Source: Candidatus Poribacteria bacterium
Lineage (GTDB): Bacteria > Poribacteria > WGA-4E > WGA-3G
DNA length: 64,000 nt
Direction: 5' to 3'
Assembly (NCBI GenBank): GCA_965214095.1
Contig: OZ243938.1
Location: 3,680,001 to 3,744,000 of the forward strand
The notes under the pieces were generated by a model. That model had not been told where the DNA came from. It saw only the letters and a program-made list of their open reading frames with translations, and did not search any database. This document shows, one piece after another, positions 49,533-60,469 of the stretch (its first letter is position 1; each line of letters opens with the position of its first letter). The position numbers were made by a program, and so were the translations under genes.

Positions 49533-50969
49533 ATGAATATTGTATGTATCTGTTTAGACACTTTTAGAGCAGACATCATCGGTGAAGGCAAGAAGTTCAG
49601 TCATGTGCAGACACCGAACCTTGATGCGTTTGCCTCGGACAGTGTCCGTTTTACGCGCGCTTTTGGTGAAGGTCAACCGACGTTACAGATACGAAGGGGT
49701 AACTTCACTGGCATGCGGAGTTTTCCGTGGAAATATAACTTTGATCGTCGTGGACATTGGCATCACGCACCCGGTTGGCACAAAATACCACCCGAACAGG
49801 ATACCATCGCTGAGGTGCTTTTGGAACGCGGGTATCTGACGGCTCTGATTGCAGATACGTATCACATGTTCAAACCGACAATGAACTTCTCTCGCGGTTT
49901 TGCACATTTTGATTTTATCCGTGGACAGGAATCAGATAATTGGCATAGCGGGGATCCGAGGCTGATTGAGGACACTCTCAAAAAGCATGTTCGCGAACCT
50001 ATCAACTGGCAACGACATGTGGGAATTGTGAATTATCTTTTGTCGCAACGGCATCGTCAATCGGAAGACGACTATAGTTGTGCTCGTGTTTTCCGTGCTG
50101 CTGCTGATTGGCTTGAAGATAATCACACTGTCGGTCCTTTCTTTTTATGGGTGGATAGTTTCGACCCGCATGAACCTTGGGATCCACCGAAATCCTATGC
50201 AGATATTTATATGCCGGACTACACAGGTAAAGACTTTATCACTCCCGGCAGTGCGAATGAAGGTGGCGGACCTTCTGAGGAGGAACGGGACAGGATTGAA
50301 GCACTCTATTTCGGTGAAGTGACCTTTGTGGATAAATGGGTTGGTGTGTTGTTGGATAAGATTGAAGCACTTAATATGCGTGATGAGACGATTATTGTAG
50401 TTATGTCTGACCATGGAACGCAAATGCGCGACCATGGGAGTTTTGGTAAAGGTGCGAACAAACTCCATCCTTTCAATACACAACTAAACCTGATGATTCG
50501 TCATCCTTCAGGACCGCATGACAAGGAGATATTTGCTTTTGTGCAAAACCACGATCTGATGCCGACACTGCTCAATCTTGTTGGCATTCCATGCGGATGG
50601 ACTGATGGTGAGGATATGTGGCAACTCGTTACGCAAAAGAAAGCGTATCTACGTGAACGTATCATCAATGGTTGGGCAGGTTTTGCAACTGGCAATGCAG
50701 TTGGACGTGTGAGTGTGCGAGATGACCATTGGAATTTCTGCACTTCTGTTGGATATAAAGATAATAAAGGAGATGAACTTTTTGACATTCTAAACGATTC
50801 TGATGAAAGGAATAACGTTGCGAGTGATCATCCTGAAGTTGTATCTGAACGTCGTAGAGATATAGAAGCATTGATAGGACAACAGTTGCCGGGACATTTC
50901 ATTGAGGTTTGTGATCCTGGACATGCCCCGATGCGGGTGTGGTTGCAGAAGAAGTTGGCTGAGATGTAA
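49533..50969 (+). CDS. Sulfatase-like hydrolase (alkaline phosphatase superfamily) lacking the C/SxPxR motif
   Basis: LDTFRAD, TPNLD, DPHEPWDPP, SDHG; active-site segment reads PTLQIRR. Confidence 0.85.
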   Translation: MNIVCICLDTFRADIIGEGKKFSHVQTPNLDAFASDSVRFTRAFGEGQPTLQIRRGNFTGMRSFPWKYNFDRRGHWHHAPGWHKIPPEQDTIAEVLLERGYLTALIADTYHMFKPTMNFSRGFAHFDFIRGQESDNWHSGDPRLIEDTLKKHVREPINWQRHVGIVNYLLSQRHRQSEDDYSCARVFRAAADWLEDNHTVGPFFLWVDSFDPHEPWDPPKSYADIYMPDYTGKDFITPGSANEGGGPSEEERDRIEALYFGEVTFVDKWVGVLLDKIEALNMRDETIIVVMSDHGTQMRDHGSFGKGANKLHPFNTQLNLMIRHPSGPHDKEIFAFVQNHDLMPTLLNLVGIPCGWTDGEDMWQLVTQKKAYLRERIINGWAGFATGNAVGRVSVRDDHWNFCTSVGYKDNKGDELFDILNDSDERNNVASDHPEVVSERRRDIEALIGQQLPGHFIEVCDPGHAPMRVWLQKKLAEM

Positions 50970-51004
50970 TTTAACGTGAGTTTGACAATTCAAATATATT
51001 GAAT

Positions 51005-51032
51005 CGGTACGGTTAGGAAATCGTACCTACCG
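51005..51032. repeat. Single REP hairpin between convergent genes
   Basis: CGGTACGGTTAGGAAATCGTACCTACCG. Confidence 0.75.
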
Positions 51033-51046
51033 AGTTATTGATCAAT

Positions 51047-53035
51047 CTAATTGTCATTCAACCGTTGCTGAACTTTTTCCCAATCCCAAATTAAGATTAC
51101 ACCAGAATCCCTGCCACTAATCAGCAAATTGTTTTCTACAGACAATTTGACTATACTTGTGAACTGTGGGTTGATTGTAATAAGTTTATCCGAATGTAGA
51201 TCGTATAATTTCAGACCATCCCGTGCTGCGATAATGAGGATGTTCCCATCAGGTGAAAAAGTTAACTCTTGGATAATAGCATTTTTATGTTGTTTGATGT
51301 GCTTGAGTTGCGTTCCCGATTGGACATGCCACAAAAATAGTTGATAACTTCCACTTGCAAGGACTTGATTATTCGGAGAGAAGGCGAAAGCGTTTACACG
51401 CCATCTGTGTCCTTCAAGCGTATGTATAGTCCTTGCATTTTCCACATCCCATACCCGAAACTCTTGGTCTCTACCACCCGTAGCAAGCTTTGTTCCATCT
51501 GGTGAAAACGCTAATGACCAGACCATTTGTGTATGTTCCTTTGCTGTGAATAGAATCTGTGGTGGTTGTTGCTTGTCAATAATATTCCAGACATGCACTG
51601 AATAGTCTTCCCCTCCTGCAGCCAACATACTTCCATCATTAGAGTATGCAAATCTGACATTCAATCCACTTCTCGGATAGTCTGCCAAGGAGAAATTTGA
51701 CAATCTTCTTAATGATTTTTCTGTGATTTCCCATAAAGCACAATTTCCAGATGTGCCGTGAGTTACACACGTCTTTCCATCTGGTGATACAACCAACGTA
51801 GATCCATCTATGTGTTTTTGATATGTTGAAGACAATTGGACACCAGTGTTGATATCCCATCGTCGTTGTTGAAAAACACCTGGAGGGTTGTATGGTTGAT
51901 TTAGCGTGGTAATGGAATCACCATCTTCAGATAGAGCGATATCCCTGATACCTTCAAGGTGACCTGTGCAAGTGTAAAGCTGATCTCCAGTGGTAGTATC
52001 CCAAGCCTGAATTGTTCCGTCTTTACTGGCAGTGAGTAATGTTTCTTCATCTGGAGAAAACGCGAATTTGTAGATATAATCCTCATGTTCTCTTAAAATC
52101 CTAATGCTCGTATATTCTCCGATAGTATCTCTTCGTGGGACGTTGACATCTGGTTTCTTTTGCCACAGTCTGACCCCGTTATAATGTCCACTTGCTATGA
52201 ATCTGCCCTTTGGTGAGTATGCCAGAGAGTGTGTTGATGTTCCTCTTCTCCATTTCATTGTAGACTTTATTTTTCCTGTTTCGGTGTCCCACATAAGAAT
52301 GGATTCATATTCGTCTCCACTTATGATTGTCTTACTATCTGGAGAGAAAGCGAGAGATTTGATCCATCTTTTATGACCATTGAGTGTGTACAATAGTCTA
52401 CCAGTGGATGCCTCATATAATTCGACTGGATATTCTTTGTGTTGCCAATTTGGTATTGCGATTGCAAGATATTGTCTATCTGGTGAGAGCTTCACCAACC
52501 ATGAATCACCCCAACTGTTATATGCTAATTTCATTTCTGTAATCAGAATTGGTGGAGCATCTGTGACTATCTCCCATATATTAACTATACCAAAATATCC
52601 AGCACAAGCGAGTTGTGTTGCATCATCTGAAAAGAAAAGTGAAGATATTCCGATAGGTGAAGGCATAGATGCAATGGCTTTATTCTCAGTGATGTTCCAT
52701 AATTGTACTTCTCCACGTCCTGACATACCTGTTGCAATTGCAAGGGTGTTTCCATCAGGTGAGAATGCAATTTTACCGACTCCTTTTCCTTCCTGTTTAA
52801 ACAGAGAAATTTCTTTTCCAGTATCTGCATTATAAATCCATATACCGATATTTGTGGAGGCGGCAAATTGTGTGCCATCTGGTGAAAATGTAATGTCATT
52901 TGCTCTGCCTTTTCCAATTCGCATTGTAGCACCATCGGGTAGATGCCATTTTGTGTAGTCTTGAGCAAATCCGATTGTATTGATTGCCGTTAAAAGGAGA
53001 ACAAATGCTATTTTGACAAGAGTCGGTTTATACAT
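51047..53035 (-). CDS. Secreted WD40-repeat protein (start ATG 53035)
   Basis: Signal peptide, AQDYTKWHLPDGA, many GH...LAFSPDG...WD repeats. Confidence 0.92.
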   Translation of the reverse strand: MYKPTLVKIAFVLLLTAINTIGFAQDYTKWHLPDGATMRIGKGRANDITFSPDGTQFAASTNIGIWIYNADTGKEISLFKQEGKGVGKIAFSPDGNTLAIATGMSGRGEVQLWNITENKAIASMPSPIGISSLFFSDDATQLACAGYFGIVNIWEIVTDAPPILITEMKLAYNSWGDSWLVKLSPDRQYLAIAIPNWQHKEYPVELYEASTGRLLYTLNGHKRWIKSLAFSPDSKTIISGDEYESILMWDTETGKIKSTMKWRRGTSTHSLAYSPKGRFIASGHYNGVRLWQKKPDVNVPRRDTIGEYTSIRILREHEDYIYKFAFSPDEETLLTASKDGTIQAWDTTTGDQLYTCTGHLEGIRDIALSEDGDSITTLNQPYNPPGVFQQRRWDINTGVQLSSTYQKHIDGSTLVVSPDGKTCVTHGTSGNCALWEITEKSLRRLSNFSLADYPRSGLNVRFAYSNDGSMLAAGGEDYSVHVWNIIDKQQPPQILFTAKEHTQMVWSLAFSPDGTKLATGGRDQEFRVWDVENARTIHTLEGHRWRVNAFAFSPNNQVLASGSYQLFLWHVQSGTQLKHIKQHKNAIIQELTFSPDGNILIIAARDGLKLYDLHSDKLITINPQFTSIVKLSVENNLLISGRDSGVILIWDWEKVQQRLNDN

Positions 53036-53196
53036 TATTGAGTTCCTTCTACTGTATGATAATTCAAAATCCATCGGGTTAGAAACCCTTCCTACAAGTG
53101 TGATCACGAATAGGTAGCAACTTAGGTTATACTATCCATTTCTGAACATGGTAATTAGACATTTTATCTGCATATATATTTATTGATATTTGATAT

Positions 53197-55149
53197 CTAC
53201 TTGACATGACTTACGTCCCACACAAGAATTGTTCCATCTCTACTGCCGCTTGCAAGAGTTTTTTTGTCTTGTGAAAATGTGAATTGAGTTACTTCATCTG
53301 AATGTGCAGAATGATTGAACCATACCCGTGACTGAGTTTCTACATTCCATAATTCGACCTCACCCGATGGTCCACCTTTGGCAATGAATTTGCCGTTAGG
53401 AGAGAATCTCAAGGCTTTAATGGTTCCTCTTGACTGTTTGAAATCAACTAAGTGTTGATAGGTGTTAACATCCCACAATTGAAACCCTCCACTCCAATCG
53501 CCACTTGCGATCAAACGTCCATTAGGTGAAAAAGTTAGTGCATAGAAATCTTGTTTTTTAGAAGGATGCCACCAAGTTGATTTGGATTCTAATGTGTTTA
53601 CTTCGCCTGATGGTAGTTCCCACAGATTAATTTCGTTAGTTCTTACTGCAAATGCATATCTTTTGAGGTCTAGTGAGAATGCATAAGCATTCGGGATGAG
53701 ATTAGATGATTTGGCTCTTGGCAATTTGTATAATTCCCTTCGCTTTTCAACATCCCACACAATTGTCTCACCCCAAAAACTCACACTGCCAAGCGTCTTT
53801 CCATCTTCAGAAAATTGCAGGTGTTTGAACACACTACCATGTGTGTGTCCAATCAAAGTTGCAATTTGTGTGCGTGTGTCAGCATCCCATAAACGAATTA
53901 TGCCATCAACACTTCCAAGCGCGATTGTTTTTTCGTTTTTAGACATTGCAAGTGCAAACACGTGCCACTTTTGTTTTGTAGGAAATAGTTGCTCAGTTCC
54001 CTTTTCCGAGTCCCAAAATCGAAATGTACCATCAGCACCACAACTGAACAGAGTCTTACCATCTTGTAAAAACTCTAAGCATTTAACTGCCGTTGTGTGC
54101 CCATGTATAGCAAACTCCTGTTTCATATTCGCAACATTCGATATTCTAACAGTGCTATCTGAACTACCACTTGCAAGAAATCTGCTGTTTGATGTAAAGT
54201 CTAAGGATTTAATTGGTAATGAGTTGTGTTCTGTAATGGTTGTTGGTCCTGAATTGTTTATCAGAGGAAGATTCCATAGCGAAATAGTTCCTGCATAATC
54301 ACCTGTAACAAGTATTTTTCCATTTGGAGAGAATGTCATTGCCCCCGCAACACGCGGTATTGTCGGTAATGCTCCCAATTCTTCACCACTTTCTACATCC
54401 CATAGTCGGACAGTCGTACGTCCACTCGCAAGCATCTTTCCATTAGGTGATAACGCTAATGTCTGCGCCAATGAAGTATTCCTTGGAACACCAACATCTT
54501 CATCTAACGTATGGAGTAAAAGGTTTTTATCAATATCCCAAATCCTGACAGTATTCCCACTTGCAGAAGCAAGGAGATTCGTATCTTGTGAAATTACTAA
54601 AGGTGTATGAATGCCACCACTTGATCTCTGATCCCCTGAAAAACTAAGTATTTGACTACCTGTTGGGATCTTCCATGCAGTGAGTTTGACATCTCTTTGT
54701 AGATGTGCACAAAATAGATTGATGCCATCATCTGAAAACTTCAATACCTTAATTGTGCCAATTTCATCATCTATTAGAAAACCGGACTCCCCTGAAGTTG
54801 TATCCCATAACTGAATGGGACCACTAAACCGCCAGAGGGTGCTTGCAATGGTTTTACTATCGGGTGAAAAGGCGATCGTACTTGCATATCTGTGACCTAT
54901 CCGTTTTTCCTTCAACAAAGCGATTTCTGCACCGGTTTCTGCGTCGTAGAGCCACACGCCGATTGAAGTTGCTACTGCTAACAACTTGTCATCAGGTGAA
55001 AATTTAATTTCATTAATAGATCCTTTACCAAGTCGTGCTTTAGCGTTATCAGGTAAACGCCACTTAGAGTATTCTTGTGTATAACCGTATGACAATAACA
55101 AATTCATAGTGATAATTATTAATATGTAGAACAATAAAGATTTTCTCAT
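53197..55149 (-). CDS. Secreted WD40-repeat protein
   Basis: Signal peptide, QEYSKWRLPDNAKARLGKG, FSP(D/N)G/WD repeats. Confidence 0.92.
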   Translation of the reverse strand: MRKSLLFYILIIITMNLLLSYGYTQEYSKWRLPDNAKARLGKGSINEIKFSPDDKLLAVATSIGVWLYDAETGAEIALLKEKRIGHRYASTIAFSPDSKTIASTLWRFSGPIQLWDTTSGESGFLIDDEIGTIKVLKFSDDGINLFCAHLQRDVKLTAWKIPTGSQILSFSGDQRSSGGIHTPLVISQDTNLLASASGNTVRIWDIDKNLLLHTLDEDVGVPRNTSLAQTLALSPNGKMLASGRTTVRLWDVESGEELGALPTIPRVAGAMTFSPNGKILVTGDYAGTISLWNLPLINNSGPTTITEHNSLPIKSLDFTSNSRFLASGSSDSTVRISNVANMKQEFAIHGHTTAVKCLEFLQDGKTLFSCGADGTFRFWDSEKGTEQLFPTKQKWHVFALAMSKNEKTIALGSVDGIIRLWDADTRTQIATLIGHTHGSVFKHLQFSEDGKTLGSVSFWGETIVWDVEKRRELYKLPRAKSSNLIPNAYAFSLDLKRYAFAVRTNEINLWELPSGEVNTLESKSTWWHPSKKQDFYALTFSPNGRLIASGDWSGGFQLWDVNTYQHLVDFKQSRGTIKALRFSPNGKFIAKGGPSGEVELWNVETQSRVWFNHSAHSDEVTQFTFSQDKKTLASGSRDGTILVWDVSHVK

Positions 55150-55172
55150 TTAATTCTCCTGAATGTATTCTG

Positions 55173-56957
55173 TCAATTAGTACCAATATCCTTAATACAC
55201 TTCTCCCAATCCCATAAGAGTATAGTTCCATCGTCACTTCCACTTGTCATGGTTTTGCCATCTGCGGAAAATGCCAGATTTCTTATCCAACCGTTGTGTC
55301 CAGATAGTGTTGCAATTGGAATATCTATTTCAGATTTTGCATTCCATAATTCAATTCTGTTATATCTATTAGTACTTACAACAGTATTGCTATCTAATGA
55401 AAAAATGACATCGATAATAGCAAATGAATTTCCAAGTTTAGCAATCTGTTTTCTGGTGCCGAGATCCCACAACCGCAATGTACTATCCCAACTGCCACTT
55501 GCTAACATTTTTCCATCGGGAGAAAATGCTAAGGATTCAACCCTCTTAGTGTGACCGGTGAGTGTGTATAATAGTTTTCCATTGCTTGTGTTCCAGACAC
55601 GAATATCTCCTTCCTTTCCTGCTCCTGCTAACATTTTTGTATCAGCAGAAAAAGCTAAGTCAATGATTACTTCCTTAAAACCGGAACGGAACTTTAATAT
55701 TTCATCTCCTGTTGAAACATTCCACAATCGAATTTTCCTATCTGTAGACCCATTAGCAATAAAAGAATTGTCTGGAGAAAACGTTGTGCCAGGATAGCCT
55801 CCTTTGTGTTTCTTAAAAGATATGTATGATATTTCTCTATTTGTCGCAACATCAGTAATTGTCAGTTTGAATCCGTCAACGCTAAATAGTTTCTGACTAT
55901 CGTTTGAAAAAACTAATTTTCTTATTAAGCCATAAGATTTCATCTTTTGTGTCGGTTTCTCGCGACCAGTTTTGATATGCCATAGACTGATTACACCTCG
56001 AGATGTGCCTGCGACAGAATTTGCATCAGGTGCTAATGCCATTTCTTCAACAAAGTGAGGATGTCCTTTAATTATACCAATCTGTTTACCTGTAATAGTG
56101 TCCCACACTCTAATTGTTGCATCCCACGACCCACTTGCTAACATTTTACTATCAGGAGAAAATGCAACTGCCTGAATTGCATCCGTATGTCCTCTGAATG
56201 TTAGGATTTTATGTTTTGTTTCAACGTCCCATAGATATAAACCACCACCAAAATTTCCATTTGCAACCTTTTTGCCATCCTGACTGATAGCAATCGCATG
56301 AGATGGTGAAGATGTGGTAAGTGTCTGTTTGCGTTTTTGTGTGGCTACATCCCATAAATGGATACCTCCATCTTCACTTCCACTGACCAGAGTGTTTCCG
56401 TCATAAGAAAATGCTGTAGCAAAAGAAGGTCTGGTATGTGCTTTTAAATTTGCATTACGTTGACCACCTTGTAAATCATACAAAGTTATTGAACCACCCA
56501 TTGATCCGTTAGCAAGTAGTTCACCGTTAGGTGATAAGGATGGTCCCATTGCATATCCTAATCTTGTAGAATGACTTAGTATTTGGGGAATGATAGGTTT
56601 TGTTGGAGGCGTTTGTGTATTCAACTTCCAAGTCAATGTCGGTCCAAGTTCGCTTGCAGTTATAAGCGTTTCACCATCATCAATAAAAGAAATTGCATTA
56701 ATAGTATCTCTCTCAGATCTCATAAAGGTAATTTCTTTAAGGGATTGAACATCATAAATCCAAATCCCAATGCTTGTTCCGACTGCTAATTGTTTTCCAT
56801 CAGGTGAAAACTTAATGTCGTTTATTTCGCCCTTCCCCAACCGCATTTTTGCACCATCGGGTAGATGCCATTTTGTGTAGTCTTGAGCGAAGCAGTATGA
56901 AAAAAACAGGTTTAGAACTAAGAAAAATACGATGAAGAGAAATAATATATTTTTCAT
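55173..56957 (-). CDS. Secreted WD40-repeat protein
   Basis: AQDYTKWHLPDGAKMRLGKG; canonical GH..AFSPD..LASGSWD..WD repeats. Confidence 0.94.
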   Translation of the reverse strand: MKNILFLFIVFFLVLNLFFSYCFAQDYTKWHLPDGAKMRLGKGEINDIKFSPDGKQLAVGTSIGIWIYDVQSLKEITFMRSERDTINAISFIDDGETLITASELGPTLTWKLNTQTPPTKPIIPQILSHSTRLGYAMGPSLSPNGELLANGSMGGSITLYDLQGGQRNANLKAHTRPSFATAFSYDGNTLVSGSEDGGIHLWDVATQKRKQTLTTSSPSHAIAISQDGKKVANGNFGGGLYLWDVETKHKILTFRGHTDAIQAVAFSPDSKMLASGSWDATIRVWDTITGKQIGIIKGHPHFVEEMALAPDANSVAGTSRGVISLWHIKTGREKPTQKMKSYGLIRKLVFSNDSQKLFSVDGFKLTITDVATNREISYISFKKHKGGYPGTTFSPDNSFIANGSTDRKIRLWNVSTGDEILKFRSGFKEVIIDLAFSADTKMLAGAGKEGDIRVWNTSNGKLLYTLTGHTKRVESLAFSPDGKMLASGSWDSTLRLWDLGTRKQIAKLGNSFAIIDVIFSLDSNTVVSTNRYNRIELWNAKSEIDIPIATLSGHNGWIRNLAFSADGKTMTSGSDDGTILLWDWEKCIKDIGTN

Positions 56958-57012
56958 TTTTTGTCTACTAATGTTTTAGTGATAATTCCTTTTAAAGTAT
57001 TGTATTTTCCGA

Positions 57013-59061
57013 TTAACGATCAGGAGCAATTTTCTCCCAATCCCAGAGAAGAATTGTGCCATCCCTGCTTCCACTGGCAAGAATTTTGCCGTTAGGAGAG
57101 AATTTCAATTCCGACACCGCCCCTATATGCCCCCTAAAAAATGGAATAGGGTCTTCCTTTGAGATGGAATTCTTCAATCCGTTGAGCATTGACGATAACA
57201 AATTTACAAGTGGCAAATTGTAATTAATGTCTATGTTCGCAAGATGAATCGTTCCATTCCACTTGCCAATTAATAATGTTTTGTCATCCGGAGCAAACTG
57301 TAAAGTTTTTACTCCGTTTTGGTTTCTGATAACAGAAATTTGAGTGGCGTTGACCGTGTTCCATAAACGAATTGTAGAGTCATTACTTGCAGACACGAGA
57401 ATTTTTCCATCAAGTGAGAACGCTAATGTCTCAACTCTATTTCTATGTTTTGTTATAGTGTGTAATGGTGTTCCATCAGTCATGTTCCAGATGCGAATTT
57501 TAGACTCCCAATTTGTAGCGTTCCAACTGCTGGAAACCAAAGTTTCTCCATTCGGTGAAAATGCTAATCTCCAAATTGGTGCAGTATGCCCTTTAAGAGT
57601 GTATTGAGGCATGTTCATATCGGAATTGGTGGTATCCCAAACTCGAATAACTGTATCTCTACCACCACTTGCAACGATCTTACCATCAGATGAAATTGTC
57701 AATTGGTTATGTGGATCCCTTGTCGGTTGTCCTTTTAAAATAGTGATCTGCTGTTTGGTTTGAACATCCCACACATCTAAAGAACCATCCCAATTATTGT
57801 AAACGACAGTTTTACCGACAAGTGAAATTGTACCACTGCCCTTGATATCTAAGTATTCAGTAAAAAGTTGTTCCGCCAGATTCATATCCCATTGTTGTAT
57901 TCGGATGTTTCCCGAACCTGAATAGCTGGTGAGTACATGGGTAAGCGCACCATCTACCTTGGAAAACTTAAGCCTCTTTATGGAACGCAGATGTTTTGTC
58001 AAACAGAACGCTTGGTCCCAGGTAATAGTGTTCCACGCCCTGATTGTACCATGACTACTGACAGCAAGCAGCGTGGTTTCGTCTGGTGAAAACGCCAACT
58101 TATGAATATCGTTTTTACCTTTATTGAGTATTAGCTGGTGATTATCTTCGCCTATAACTGGTGTCCATGGTGGCTTTCGTTCAACTGCTTTTTTCCACAA
58201 CCTCACACCATCCCCATGGGCAGTAGCAAGGAACCTGCCTTTTGGTGAAAAAGTTAATGTAATAAATCCACTATTAGTAGGTCGAATAGAAGTTTCCTGA
58301 CGTTTAGCAAATTCCAAATTTGCAAATCGAATAGCTCCGATGTGACCGCCGCTTGCAAGGATTTCACTATCAGGTGAAAACACAAGTCCTGTCCTATGTT
58401 TATCGTTACTGGTTACAGATATCAGGTACTTCCCAGTTTTAATGTTCCACACTCGAAATTGATATGCTCGCTGGGCAAAAAATACTGCAGCCAATAACTG
58501 ACCATCTGGAGAGACCGCAACCGACTTGAACCATGAACCTATCAGATACTCTGAACCAAACTTTATATCCTCAAATTCCATTTGCGTTTTTTTGGTGCCG
58601 AAATTCCATACGCGAATCTGTCCCTCATTTCCAACACAAGTGAGTTTTGTTCCATCCGTCGAGAAAGATAAGATTTTGATTCCAGCGGGGGCGGTTAAAG
58701 TCATAAAGGGTTTTTCTGCATCTATATCCCACAGTAGCACTTCACTCCCTGATGCGCTGGCGATCATGTTACCATCAGGCGAAAATGTCACTATGTTGAT
58801 TCTATTGTCTGGTGTGTTTAGAAACTTGATATCTTTGCCTGAGAGTGCATCATATATCCAAATTCCTATAGAAGTCGCGACAGCAAACTGAGATCCATCT
58901 GGCGAATATTTGATGTCGTAAACTAATCCTCTGCCGAGACGCGCGATCGCTCCCTCAGGCAAGTGCCACTGGGTTGTGTAATCTTGTGCCAGGCTTGCAT
59001 CTAATGTAAACAAGTTTACAATCAACAAGGGGACTGCATAGATAAAGTAACATCTTTTCAT
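57013..59061 (-). CDS. Secreted WD40-repeat protein
   Basis: AQDYTTQWHLPEGAIARLGRG; WD40 repeats; ends SGSRDGTILLWDWEK. Confidence 0.92.
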   Translation of the reverse strand: MKRCYFIYAVPLLIVNLFTLDASLAQDYTTQWHLPEGAIARLGRGLVYDIKYSPDGSQFAVATSIGIWIYDALSGKDIKFLNTPDNRINIVTFSPDGNMIASASGSEVLLWDIDAEKPFMTLTAPAGIKILSFSTDGTKLTCVGNEGQIRVWNFGTKKTQMEFEDIKFGSEYLIGSWFKSVAVSPDGQLLAAVFFAQRAYQFRVWNIKTGKYLISVTSNDKHRTGLVFSPDSEILASGGHIGAIRFANLEFAKRQETSIRPTNSGFITLTFSPKGRFLATAHGDGVRLWKKAVERKPPWTPVIGEDNHQLILNKGKNDIHKLAFSPDETTLLAVSSHGTIRAWNTITWDQAFCLTKHLRSIKRLKFSKVDGALTHVLTSYSGSGNIRIQQWDMNLAEQLFTEYLDIKGSGTISLVGKTVVYNNWDGSLDVWDVQTKQQITILKGQPTRDPHNQLTISSDGKIVASGGRDTVIRVWDTTNSDMNMPQYTLKGHTAPIWRLAFSPNGETLVSSSWNATNWESKIRIWNMTDGTPLHTITKHRNRVETLAFSLDGKILVSASNDSTIRLWNTVNATQISVIRNQNGVKTLQFAPDDKTLLIGKWNGTIHLANIDINYNLPLVNLLSSMLNGLKNSISKEDPIPFFRGHIGAVSELKFSPNGKILASGSRDGTILLWDWEKIAPDR

Positions 59062-59222
59062 TTACAGACTCCTTTTCACAAGATTCATTCCTGAGATGTC
59101 TTTCTCATTTTTGTGATTAGTTTAACACGTGAACCCTCTAAAAAACAAGCAGTATTTCATAGCTTCAAGAATTCATTTGATGTTTGTCATAGATTCATAA
59201 CTAAGAAAAAAAGAAAAAATAA

Positions 59223-59251
59223 TTGATATAGACTTTGGGATTTAGTATAAT
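59223..59251 (+). promoter_or_regulatory. sigma70 promoter of the ferredoxin-NADP reductase gene
   Basis: TTGATA-17 bp-TATAAT. Confidence 0.65.
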
Positions 59252-59298
59252 ATATGGTAGTTTAACAGAACCGAAATAATAATTTGAAGGATAAGAAT

Positions 59299-60069
59299 AT
59301 GCAAAGAAAAAGTTCCAGATCGCGATACTGTATTGGTGAACTCATTGAACGTGAAGATTTTTCTGAAGATTTAGCGGCTTTTAAATTCAAAACGGATCAG
59401 CAACTCCCCTTTATTCCCGGGCAATATGCGACTATCGGATTTGAAGTTGACGAGAAGATTGTCCAACGTCCCTATTCTATAGTCTCATCTCCGCATGAAC
59501 CTTTTATGGAAGTTTTTGTTGAGTTGGTGCCTGAGGGTGCTACAACTCCACTTTTTTGGGAGTTGAAACTGGGTGATACTGTTTTCATCAGGGATCGTCT
59601 TGTAGGGAAATTCGTGATGGATACTGAAAGTGGAATGACTCGTCATGTGATGGCGGGGACTGTCACTGGTGCTGCACCTTATATCAGCATTGCCCGCACA
59701 CTGAAAATTGAACAGGAACAGGGAAAAGCAAGTCCACATGAGATTATTTCTATCGTGGGTGCGAGTCGTTCTTGGGAACTCGGTTATTATATGGATGAAT
59801 TGAATGAATTGGCTGCTCAAGAGGAGTGGTTCACTTTTGTTCCGACTGTGAGTCGTCCTTGGGAAGACCCGGAATGGGAAGGTGAAAGTGGTCGTGCTGA
59901 GGATGTTATTCGGAAATATGGTGATCAGCTGGGGTTTGACCATACGAATTCGGTTGTGTATGCGTGCGGTCATCCGCAGATGATTGAGAATTCTAAAGCG
60001 ATCTGGGCGCGTGCGCGTTTTCCTGAAGAACGGATTAAAGAGGAGAAGTTTTTTGTGATTAAGGAGTAG
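59299..60069 (+). CDS. fpr: Ferredoxin--NADP(+) reductase (bacterial FPR type)
   Basis: FIPGQYA, RPYSIVS, TG.APYIS, VYACGHPQMI, EKF. Confidence 0.85.
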   Translation: MQRKSSRSRYCIGELIEREDFSEDLAAFKFKTDQQLPFIPGQYATIGFEVDEKIVQRPYSIVSSPHEPFMEVFVELVPEGATTPLFWELKLGDTVFIRDRLVGKFVMDTESGMTRHVMAGTVTGAAPYISIARTLKIEQEQGKASPHEIISIVGASRSWELGYYMDELNELAAQEEWFTFVPTVSRPWEDPEWEGESGRAEDVIRKYGDQLGFDHTNSVVYACGHPQMIENSKAIWARARFPEERIKEEKFFVIKE

Positions 60070-60106
60070 GGTAATTAAGCAACATTTATATATCAACATA
60101 AATAGT

Positions 60107-60147
60107 AAAACCCCGTGCTTCTAAATTTGGAATGGCACGGGGTTTTT
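60107..60147. terminator. Rho-independent terminator (bidirectional-looking)
   Basis: AAAACCCCGTGC...GCACGGGGTTTTT. Confidence 0.75.
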
Positions 60148-60469
60148 GCATGATTATATTATCGTATGAGTGTTTATCTAACTTTGAAAAATACATTAAA
60201 CTACATTATAGGTCAAGTTCTGACACGTGTTTTGTGACAGAACCGCTAAAGCCGAGATTAAGCAATAGAGAATCTCGAAAATTGAAAGACTCTGCAAACC
60301 CCAAAACACTAATCTCTATCTTGACAGAAAATCTACTATCTGATAACATAAGCACAGTCTCAAAACAACCCTAAACCAAATATGTAATCCAAACAAATGA
60401 TTTTGAATTTACATATCGTAGGGTATTTAGAAATCACAACATATACCTTCAGTATAGGAGGGAAGAAAC

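Noticed and set aside
53696-54298. 200-aa antisense ORF inside a WD40 gene (also 59485..60099 antisense to fpr)
   Set aside because: Shadow ORFs of well-supported genes on the opposite strand, with no recognisable motifs.
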